NCBI GenBank assembly: GCA_964492775.1
Contig: CAZBLH010000008.1
Coordinates: 452-64,451 of the forward strand
DNA length: 64,000 bases
Direction: 5' to 3'
Source of the DNA: an uncultured Eubacteriales bacterium
GTDB taxonomy: Bacteria; Actinomycetota; Coriobacteriia; Anaerosomatales; PHET01
Part shown: in pieces, positions 56,044-63,474 of the stretch
Position numbering within the stretch: the first letter of the stretch is position 1
Layout of the letters: every line of letters starts with the position of its first letter
The notes under the pieces: generated by a model
Databases searched by the model: none
What the model was told of the DNA's origin: nothing
The model's input: the letters and a program-made list of their open reading frames with translations, nothing else
Position numbers and translations under genes: made by a program

Positions 56044-57611
56044 GGCTGGCTCCCCTCCAAGTCGGCCACGATCGCATCTATCTGAGTCCGAAGTTCGCTC
56101 TGCCTTGCCACGATCCGGGCGATCTCGGCGTTGAGCGCAATGATGTCGACGGGTTCGCGAGTGTCCTCCTGCTCGACGTACGAGGACACGGCGAGGTTGT
56201 ATTCGTTCTCGGCAATCTCGGAGTTGGGAACCAGTCGAGCGAAGTGCTCGGCGTCAACGCGAGCGGTGAAGGCGTCGAGGATCTTGTCTCGGTTCGCCTC
56301 GGTGAGCTTGTTCTTGTTGCCGCCCCGGACGAACTCGGCTGATGCGTCGATGAACAGCGTCGCATTGTCTGTCTTCGACTTCTTGAGCACGATGATGCAG
56401 GTGGCGATCGTGGTGCCGAAGAACAGGTCGGGTGGCAGCTGGATGACGGTGTCGACGTAGTTGTTGTCAATGAGGTACTTGCGGATCTTTCGCTCGGCTC
56501 CCCCGCGGTAGAGCACGCCGGGGAACTCGACGATGGCGGCCGTGCCGTCGACAGCAAGCCAGCTCAAGATATGCATGGTGAAAGCGAGGTCGGCCTTCGA
56601 CTTCGGTGCGAGCACACCCGCAGGCGCGAACCGCGGGTCGTTGATCAGGAGCGGGTTCGCGTCGCCGTCCCACTTGATGGAGTAGGGCGGGTTCGACACG
56701 ATCGCCTCGAATGGCTCGTCATCCCAGTGCGCCGGGTCGATTAGCGTGTCGCCGTGCGCGAGGTCGAACTGCTCGTAGTTCACGTCGTGCAGGAACATGT
56801 TGATCCTGGCGAGGTTGTAGGTGGTCAGGTTGATCTCCTGGCCGAAGAAGCCCTGACGCACGTTCTCTTTGCCCAGCACCTTGGCGAACTGCAGCAGCAG
56901 CGAGCCCGAGCCGCACGCCGGGTCGTAGACCTTGTTGACCTCGGTCTTGCCCACCACCGTGATCTGGGCGAGGAGCTCGCTCACCTCTTGGGGCGTGTAG
57001 TACTCGCCCCCCGACTTGCCTGCGCTCGACGCATACATCTGCATCAGATACTCGTAGGCGTCACCGAATGCGTCGATGGTGTGGTCATCGAAACGGCCCA
57101 AGTCGAGGTCGCCAATGGCGTCCAGTAGCTTGACGAGCTTCTCATTGCGCTTGGCGACAGTGGCTCCGAGCTTGGCGCTGTTCACGTCGAGGTCATCGAA
57201 CAGGCCCTTGAGGTCGTCTTCGCTATCAGCGCCAACAGCCGAGCCTTCCACGTTGCGGAAAACACGCTCGAGCGTCTCATTCAGATTCGGATCATGTGGA
57301 GCCTGCGCTCTGACGTTGCAGAACAGTTCACTCGGAAGGATGTAGAACCCCTTCTCGGCGACTGTTTCCGCGCGTCCGAACTCGGCTTCCTGATCCGAAA
57401 GCCTCGCGTAGTCGAAATCGACACTCCCCGCAGCCCGCTCCTGCTCATTCAGATACGCTGTCAGGTTCTCCGAAATGAAGCGGTAGAAGAGCATCCCAAG
57501 CACGTAGCTCTTGAAGTCCCAGCCATCCACGGACCCGCGCAAGTCATTCGCAATCCGCCAGATGGTCTTGTGCAGCTCCGCCCGCTGAGCTTCCTTGGTG
57601 TCTGGCACCAT
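56040..57611 (-). CDS. hsdM: Type I restriction-modification DNA methyltransferase subunit
   Basis: ATG at 57611. HsdM_N ([36 protein letters not shown]), the AdoMet motif [10 protein letters not shown] and the catalytic NPPY (SNPPYS). Confidence 0.92.
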   Translation of the reverse strand: MVPDTKEAQRAELHKTIWRIANDLRGSVDGWDFKSYVLGMLFYRFISENLTAYLNEQERAAGSVDFDYARLSDQEAEFGRAETVAEKGFYILPSELFCNVRAQAPHDPNLNETLERVFRNVEGSAVGADSEDDLKGLFDDLDVNSAKLGATVAKRNEKLVKLLDAIGDLDLGRFDDHTIDAFGDAYEYLMQMYASSAGKSGGEYYTPQEVSELLAQITVVGKTEVNKVYDPACGSGSLLLQFAKVLGKENVRQGFFGQEINLTTYNLARINMFLHDVNYEQFDLAHGDTLIDPAHWDDEPFEAIVSNPPYSIKWDGDANPLLINDPRFAPAGVLAPKSKADLAFTMHILSWLAVDGTAAIVEFPGVLYRGGAERKIRKYLIDNNYVDTVIQLPPDLFFGTTIATCIIVLKKSKTDNATLFIDASAEFVRGGNKNKLTEANRDKILDAFTARVDAEHFARLVPNSEIAENEYNLAVSSYVEQEDTREPVDIIALNAEIARIVARQSELRTQIDAIVADLEGSQP

Positions 57612-58087
57612 CCCGAGAGACTCCCCCTCAAGTCGACGGAACAAACTGCTTCATACTCGCACAATCGTCCATAGCCGAGGCTACATTAGCGGTAGCAGCG
57701 CGGCGCCTTCCGAAAGCGCGAACACAAGGCATGCGAGTCCTAGTGACGTTGCGACAAGCTGAAGCCACCGCTCGTGACCGCTCCAGTCCCACCACTCGGA
57801 TCCCCACCGCGCTCTCAGTAGCGTCGTGCCCATCACAAATGACCCAATCGTGATCCGCGTCCGCGGCTCAACTGCAATCGCGGCTGCTGACAATGCATTC
57901 TTGGCGAATCCCGAGCCTCAGCCCCTTCCGTGTGTGGCCGGAGGCTAGCAAGCGCCGCTGACATCGACCGGTTAGAAGACGGCAAGACCCGTGTCAGGCA
58001 CCGGCACAGTGGCCCCGCCCCTCGGGGCCGACGACACCGCACCCCACTTGGTGCCGTCACTGCAAATCCTAGCCTCGCCCAAGCAAG

Positions 58088-58114
58088 AAAGCCCCACCGC
58101 AAGGGCAGGGCTTT
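58088..58114 (-). terminator. hairpin immediately downstream of the tRNA-Phe 3' end (probable native tRNA terminator)
   Basis: AAAGCCC..13 nt..GGGCTTT. On the minus strand it is followed by CTTGCTT, a weak U-tract. Confidence 0.4.
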
Positions 58115-58126
58115 CGCTGATTCCTA

Positions 58127-58169
58127 TGGTGGCCAGAGACGGACTTGAACCGCCGACACGGGGATTTTC
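58127..58169 (-). tRNA. tRNA-Phe(GAA) 3' fragment only (anticodon to CCA); no 5' half - probable att junction
   Basis: The minus strand reads GAAAA TCCCC GTGTC GGCGG TTCAAGT CCGTC TCTGGCC A CCA. The anticodon arm and variable loop are identical to the canonical bacterial tRNA-Phe pattern (GAAAATCCCCGTGTC). The upstream sequence cannot pair with the acceptor or anticodon stems. Confidence 0.75.
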
Positions 58170-58285
58170 GGAGTGAGCATATCGCCTGTTGAGGACCCCG
58201 TGTCGGCATCCCTTGACATGCCCTTCACTTCACACGCCAGTTGAAGGGCCACGGGATGGCCAGTAGTCCAACCCGGAACCCTGCG

Positions 58286-58798
58286 CTAGATCCGCTTTCC
58301 GCCAGTACCGGGAAGTTCGAACCCTACTTTCCCACCGACGAACACGACTGCAAGGAGCAAGGCGCCTCCTACAGCCGCGCCCATGATGGAGTACATCTCC
58401 CTCACAAACTGCTTATTCTCCGTATCCTTCGCGTACTCCAGCTTGCCGGTATCCATAAGTAGATCGAGGATGTACTTCCTCTGCTCCCATGGCAGATCTT
58501 CGACCTCAAGCTGCCCTCTTAGGATCTCCCGTATCTCCCGAAACGCCTCGTGCACCTGCGCCATGCTCTGCTTGTTATCTGCATGAGCAGACTCGTGAGC
58601 CTTCTGCATCACGTTGATGGCCTCTAGCGCGAAGCTGGTGAACTCGGGAAGCTGCTCGACGATCTTTAGGGCGACTTCCTTGTCCACGTCGGGCAGCATG
58701 GCCGCGAACCGCGTGACGTTGTCCCTGGACAAGTTTCGCCAAGTGTCGATACCAAGGGCCTTCTTGATGTCGTCCTCGTTCGTGTACCTCAAGAGCAA
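58286..58798 (-). CDS. hypothetical helical protein with C-terminal transmembrane anchor
   Basis: 170-aa ORF. The C-terminus MGAAVGGALLLAVVFVGGKV is a single TM. TTG start; TTG at 58792 has better spacing from the GGGAGG. No family recognised. Confidence 0.5.
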   Translation of the reverse strand: MLLRYTNEDDIKKALGIDTWRNLSRDNVTRFAAMLPDVDKEVALKIVEQLPEFTSFALEAINVMQKAHESAHADNKQSMAQVHEAFREIREILRGQLEVEDLPWEQRKYILDLLMDTGKLEYAKDTENKQFVREMYSIMGAAVGGALLLAVVFVGGKVGFELPGTGGKRI

Positions 58799-58920
58799 CC
58801 TCCCATGATGTCGTCAGATCTACGATGCACAACGTGCGGACGCTCGCGTCTTGTGCTCGTCCATCAGGCGGCGTAGAGCGAAAGACGTTGGCCACCAGAA
58901 GGAAGGGCGGGACAGACCAT

Positions 58921-60771
58921 CTATGCTGTATCGCGATCCTCGTCTTGGACGGAACCGTCGGCCATGACGAACTCTTGGCCCATGTCGTTGCGCTCATAGA
59001 CGGCCGCGTCAGTCTGGCCGGCCATGTCGACCAAGTCGAACGGGACGCCCTCAAGCTCGGTACGCAGCTTGTTGACGATCATGTCGAGCCGACCCTCCGC
59101 GAAGTCCGTCAGCGCCGTGACCGGAAGCTCCTCCTGAGCAACCCACTCGGACAGGACGCTCGGCAGCAGATGCGATCGCTCGATGTCCTCGAAGCGCGTT
59201 CCGATGAAGTCGCGCATGTACTCGAGCGGGTTGCGGTTGCTGATCTTGAGGTTCGTCATCTGCGTGAGATACGCGATGTTGAGCAGACTGTTGGCCAGCC
59301 GGTCGTCATCAAGCTGCTTCTCGCAGAAGTCCAGCGGAAAGATGTGGTGCAGGTTCGGGTTGTCTGTCAGCTCGTAGTAGACCTCCGTGAGAACGGAGCG
59401 ATCAGGAATAGCCCAGTCCACCGGGTTCTGGTTGGCGTAGAGCGCAAGTACCGCACGCGAGAGACGTCCACGGTTGCTGTAGCTGATCCGGCGCAACTTC
59501 TCCTTGTCGATCAAGAAGCGGCCGAAGCCGAAGTCACCCTCCTCGCGAGTGCTCCTCAAACGCACGACGTGGTCCCTGAGATGGGACGTGTTGGTGAGCA
59601 GGTCGTCATTGTGGAAGCTGAAGTACCAGAAGTACCGCTTGAGAAGCGCATAGTCCGGTTCACGGTTTTCGTGCAGATAGGCCGCGACAGTCATGTAGAA
59701 GTAGCGGTTCGGGATGAGCGCCGGACCGGGAAGCCGAAGCTGGTTGTCGAAGAAGTCGAACGTCTTTCGGATGGCCTTGGAGCCCGCTTCCCACACTGCC
59801 TCGATGTGCTCGGTCTTGAGCGCGTTCAAGTAGCGGTCTGTGATGTTCTGGACGCCAGCTTCTGGAACGCTGTCTCGAACCAGCACTGCGAGGATCTGCA
59901 GGATCGTCATGTCGTCGACGGACGAAAACCTACTTCCGGCAACCTCCAGACCATGCCGGAAGTCCTCGAACAGCCCCCTCAGATAGAAGCCGGCGACTCC
60001 CGGCTCCTCGGGGCGAAACGTCTTCGCGACCACGATGTCAAACATGCTGAGAGGCTGACCGGCCTGGTTGATGCGCTCGAAGATCTGGCAGACCTCAGCG
60101 ACCTCGATCCCACGAAGCTCTATGAAGGAGAGCTTGTAGTTGTCGAACACCTGCTTGAAGCTCCGCAGCTGCACACGTGCAGGATCGTCGTAGTCTACGC
60201 GGCCCTTTTCGACGAGCCCCCGCTCGACGTCGCCGTAGCGATGAGCAATGTCCTCGAGCTTCACGATCAGCCCGTCGTCGTACCGCTTCTTCCGTCCCGT
60301 GTTCCGAAGCAGTTGGCCGTCACGGTCGTCGATCTCGTCCCAGAACAGGAAACGCTCCCGCCACGACGCGTCCTCGACTTCGTCGGCATCCTCGACAGTA
60401 AGGTCGACGAAGAGGTGCAAGTCCTTGTCCTTCTGTCCCTTGATGCTCCCGCCGTACATCGATGTGAGAAGAGCGGTCGTCCGCTGCTGGCCATCGAGGA
60501 GGTACTGGTAGTCTCCGTCGCTATGGCCATGCTCCAGCGGGTGACCGCCGATCTCGCGGTGGTTCTGGAGACGCGTTGGCGTACGCCACACGAGTATGCT
60601 GCCCAGCGGATAGAAGCTGTAGATGCTGTCCCAGAGGCGCTTGACCCGGTCGGGACCCCACACAACGTCGCGCTGGAAAGTCGGTATCTGATAGTGCCCA
60701 CGTTGCAGGCTCTCTAGGTACGTCGTTATGCCGTACGAGTCGGGCTTGATCCGGTCAACATGTGAGTCCAA
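58921..60771 (-). CDS. DUF262 + DUF1524 protein (GmrSD-like Type IV restriction/NTPase-nuclease family)
   Basis: The TTG start lies 6 nt after GGAGGAG. The N-terminal DUF262/ParB-like motifs are IPTFQRDVVW and LLDGQQRTTAL. The C-terminus has the His-Me-type HHIFP..NIAYLTQMTNLKISN. Confidence 0.8.
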   Translation of the reverse strand: MDSHVDRIKPDSYGITTYLESLQRGHYQIPTFQRDVVWGPDRVKRLWDSIYSFYPLGSILVWRTPTRLQNHREIGGHPLEHGHSDGDYQYLLDGQQRTTALLTSMYGGSIKGQKDKDLHLFVDLTVEDADEVEDASWRERFLFWDEIDDRDGQLLRNTGRKKRYDDGLIVKLEDIAHRYGDVERGLVEKGRVDYDDPARVQLRSFKQVFDNYKLSFIELRGIEVAEVCQIFERINQAGQPLSMFDIVVAKTFRPEEPGVAGFYLRGLFEDFRHGLEVAGSRFSSVDDMTILQILAVLVRDSVPEAGVQNITDRYLNALKTEHIEAVWEAGSKAIRKTFDFFDNQLRLPGPALIPNRYFYMTVAAYLHENREPDYALLKRYFWYFSFHNDDLLTNTSHLRDHVVRLRSTREEGDFGFGRFLIDKEKLRRISYSNRGRLSRAVLALYANQNPVDWAIPDRSVLTEVYYELTDNPNLHHIFPLDFCEKQLDDDRLANSLLNIAYLTQMTNLKISNRNPLEYMRDFIGTRFEDIERSHLLPSVLSEWVAQEELPVTALTDFAEGRLDMIVNKLRTELEGVPFDLVDMAGQTDAAVYERNDMGQEFVMADGSVQDEDRDTA

Positions 60772-60815
60772 CTAACGCTCCTCCGGTGTGGGGTACGAGA
60801 TCCGTGATCTGAGGC

Positions 60816-61280
60816 CTAGAGCGGATGCTCGATGATGATCGGGCCCTCGGGCACGAATGGCATTCCGTAGTCCTTGTCAGCCTTGTATCCGCGTAGATCA
60901 GCCGTCGATATGTGTGCGATCGGATGAAGCCCCTCGACTTCCCAGAAGACAGCCCACCAGCCCGATCCATCCTCCAGCGCAAGTCGTGACCTGAACTTTC
61001 GGCCATCCGGGTGCTTGCCGTCGACGCCTTCCACGTGCCGGACGTAGCGTCCTTGCCAGGACACAACCTTCTCAAGACTGCCCGCGTGAGACGCGTACAT
61101 GTAGACGTCCACAGGCATCCCCTCTCGCATCGTGTCCAGCGAGCGAAACACCTCCCAGGCGCGACTGCCGAAGGCCACTTTGCCTTTGGCTTCACAGACT
61201 CGCCGGCCTTCGAGCAGCGGGCCCTCAGGCACTGGGGCCAGCAAAGCGATATTCGGATGTGACTGCGCCTCGGTGGACAT
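60816..61280 (-). CDS. hypothetical protein, about 154 aa, no recognised family
   Basis: The ATG at 61280 follows GAGGGGAG. The track ORF starts at GTG 61301. It is conspicuously Trp-rich (SWQGRY, GWWAVFWEVEG). It lies 6-27 nt downstream of the DUF3825 gene. Confidence 0.55.
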   Translation of the reverse strand: MSTEAQSHPNIALLAPVPEGPLLEGRRVCEAKGKVAFGSRAWEVFRSLDTMREGMPVDVYMYASHAGSLEKVVSWQGRYVRHVEGVDGKHPDGRKFRSRLALEDGSGWWAVFWEVEGLHPIAHISTADLRGYKADKDYGMPFVPEGPIIIEHPL

Positions 61281-61307
61281 GCTGCTCCCCTCGGTCTTCA
61301 CGGCAGC

Positions 61308-62228
61308 CTAGACGGTGCCCTCCTTGAAGCCGCCGAGCCACTCACTGTTGGGTCTGGTTAGCAGTCGAGCGTGTCTGTAGGCCCAGTCGGGATACAGAAC
61401 GGTTGCGGCGCGATACCACTCCCCACAGCGCTCAAGAGTCAGTGCCAGATCGGGAACGTCGGCGCTTCGCAGGTACAGGGGCAGCAAAAGCTGGATCTTG
61501 CCCCTGTGAAACTGGGGCACCGCCATACGGTAGCTGCGCTTCGCCAAGCGAACGCTGTGCTTCATGGCGCCCTCTAGTGCGTTTCTCAGAGCGAGCGGGA
61601 CAACAATGGCGGACTCGCCCCCGTCGCCCGCCACATCTTCGTCAGTGTCGCTCCCCGGCGAGGCACTCTCGCCGGCCTCGTCTTCGATGTCTGGGGACGC
61701 AGTAATGTCGAGCGGCTTCCCGTCGGGTCCCAACTGGCCGCCCAGTTCGACAGGGAAGCGGTTCAGGTTTTCACGGATGATGTGGTCGAGGTTCAGTTGG
61801 ACTTGCAGATGCGGATCGAATACGAGGTCGGCCGGGTTATCCCAGTACGTCGGCAGCTGAGGAAGCTCCATGAAAGAGGTCAGGATCTTCTCGCCTGCAC
61901 GCAAGAAGTTCTTGAGATACCACTTCTTGTTGTCCGGTCCGACGGGCTTCGTCGGGTCATAGTGATTAAAGACCTTGAAGACCCCGAAGATCTCCTCCTG
62001 GTCGGGAGTCATGAGGCCCGTATTGAAGCAGGCAAGCGTATCGGTCTCGGCCACCCTACCCTGCTCGTGGAGACGAAGGAACGTGTACCGGACGTAGCTA
62101 TCGAGGATCGGCAAAGGCGAGTGATCGGGTACGGACTTAAACGTCCACCGCTCGGGTTCGGCCAGGTTTGCCAGCTGCTCGAGACGGCCATCCCATGCGG
62201 TCACCGCCGCGTAGTCGAATATCCTCAC
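61308..62228 (-). CDS. DUF3825 domain protein
   Basis: LANLAEPERWTF..PILDSYVRYTFLRLHEQGRV..CFNTGLMT and the C-terminal YPDWAYRHARLL resemble DUF3825, recalled from memory. The GTG at 62228 follows GGGGGAG and overlaps the integrase stop as GTGA. Confidence 0.6.
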   Translation of the reverse strand: MRIFDYAAVTAWDGRLEQLANLAEPERWTFKSVPDHSPLPILDSYVRYTFLRLHEQGRVAETDTLACFNTGLMTPDQEEIFGVFKVFNHYDPTKPVGPDNKKWYLKNFLRAGEKILTSFMELPQLPTYWDNPADLVFDPHLQVQLNLDHIIRENLNRFPVELGGQLGPDGKPLDITASPDIEDEAGESASPGSDTDEDVAGDGGESAIVVPLALRNALEGAMKHSVRLAKRSYRMAVPQFHRGKIQLLLPLYLRSADVPDLALTLERCGEWYRAATVLYPDWAYRHARLLTRPNSEWLGGFKEGTV

Positions 62229-63409
62229 GCTACTCCCCCATCTAGACGACTTGCCCCTGCACGGCATGATACCTGTCGAGGCTGACAAGTGGTGCTATCG
62301 AGCGTGAAGGCCGTCCCTATCCAAGCAGCTGCGGCGACCTCCTGGGACAACCACTTATCGAGGTCAGCAACCGCCTGATCCCCTTCATCTGGAAAGAGCC
62401 ATGAGTACGTGTTCAACGTCACGCTCGCATTCGCATGGCCCATCGTCGTCTGCACGTATTTCACTGACCGGCCCAGCATTATCTGAGTGGAAGCGTACTG
62501 ATGGCGAAGATCGTGTAGCCGCAAGTGAGGAAGGCCGGCTCGCTCCCGTGTCTTGACGTGCACTCTCGCGTAGTAGTTCGGAGGGTCGACAGGTCGCCCT
62601 TCTGGCGTAGGGAATAGCAGGTTGAGCTCGTTCTCCGGCCTGACTGTGAGAAACGCGATCAGTGCTTCGACGGTCTGCCTGGGCAGCGGGATCCGGCGAT
62701 AGGCGGCATCGCTCTTGAGATCGACGAGCTTCCGCTTCACCAACTGCCGGCGGATGTGGACCACGCCGGCATCGAGATCCAGGTCTGCCAGAGTCACTCC
62801 CCACGCTTCGGCGCGTCTGGTTCCGGTGGTCAACAAGAACAAGTAGAACGGACGCCAGTAGTCGGGGGCACATGCGAGCAGCCGGTCGACCTCTTGTCTT
62901 GTGAGGGGGCGCCACACGCGCTTCCTGAGCTTGGGCAGCGGGAGCTTCGTGGCCCCCGTCGGTAGCGAGTCGATGTAGCCCCAGTCGACGGCCACGCGAA
63001 GCATCGACTTCATGATGGTGATGGTCTTCCTAGTGGTCGACGGTGAGTAGCGAGCCGACAGTGAGGCGATGGCCGCGTCGATCTCGCGTCTCGTGATGGC
63101 CGTTACGAACATCGGCCCGAAGAACGGCTTGAGACGTCGGATCGCCTTGTCATAGTCAGTCTTCGTCGCCGGCCGCACAGAAGTCAGTCCGGCCAACCAC
63201 CGCTTCGCAAGGGCATCGAAGGTGATCTGCTCCCTCGGCTTCAGCGGTTCGCCCAAGAGCATGCGACGCTTCATCTCCTGCTCCGCGTGCTCGGCGTCCT
63301 TTCGTCGGTCGAAAGAGCCGACGTACTTCTGCCGACGGGCGCTCTTGTCGTTGACGTACACGTGAAAGTGGACGTTGCCGCGCTTGTCCACGTACCTCTT
63401 GATGGCCAT
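62225..63409 (-). CDS. int: tyrosine-type site-specific integrase
   Basis: The ATG at 63409 follows AAGGAG. Motifs are TGTRRAEAWG (Arg I), HDLRHQYAS (H-x-x-R) and GHANASVTLNTYSWL (His/Tyr). The track ORF to 63460 would run through the upstream terminator. Confidence 0.9.
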   Translation of the reverse strand: MAIKRYVDKRGNVHFHVYVNDKSARRQKYVGSFDRRKDAEHAEQEMKRRMLLGEPLKPREQITFDALAKRWLAGLTSVRPATKTDYDKAIRRLKPFFGPMFVTAITRREIDAAIASLSARYSPSTTRKTITIMKSMLRVAVDWGYIDSLPTGATKLPLPKLRKRVWRPLTRQEVDRLLACAPDYWRPFYLFLLTTGTRRAEAWGVTLADLDLDAGVVHIRRQLVKRKLVDLKSDAAYRRIPLPRQTVEALIAFLTVRPENELNLLFPTPEGRPVDPPNYYARVHVKTRERAGLPHLRLHDLRHQYASTQIMLGRSVKYVQTTMGHANASVTLNTYSWLFPDEGDQAVADLDKWLSQEVAAAAWIGTAFTLDSTTCQPRQVSCRAGASRLDGGVA

Positions 63410-63430
63410 GTTTCTCCTTCTCAAATGAAG

Positions 63431-63451
63431 AAGCCCGCTCATGGCGGGCTT
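63431..63451 (-). terminator. GC-rich hairpin AAGCCCGC-TCATG-GCGGGCTT between the partial upstream ORF and the integrase
   Basis: Perfect 8-bp stem with T-rich flanks on both strands (CTTTTC on the plus strand, CTTCTTCATTT on the minus strand). Confidence 0.6.
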
Positions 63452-63474
63452 TTCGGTCACAGTTCATTGGGCGG

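Noticed and set aside
57681-57893. 70-aa minus-strand ORF between hsdM and the tRNA-Phe fragment
   Set aside because: No RBS and no recognisable family. It has one weak hydrophobic stretch and could be non-coding flank, so the support is insufficient to call it.
58825-60717. 630-aa plus-strand ORF covering the DUF262/DUF1524 gene
   Set aside because: The minus-strand frame carries the DGQQRTT and HHIFP..N motifs and a strong RBS. The plus-strand product is a Val/Leu/Asp/Glu/Arg mirror-composition typical of antisense translation.
63410-63474. Expected att site or intact tRNA-Phe next to the integrase start
   Set aside because: The spacer contains only a terminator hairpin. No copy of the 43-nt tRNA-Phe segment occurs here or anywhere up to 64000, so the second junction must lie outside the window, if it exists.
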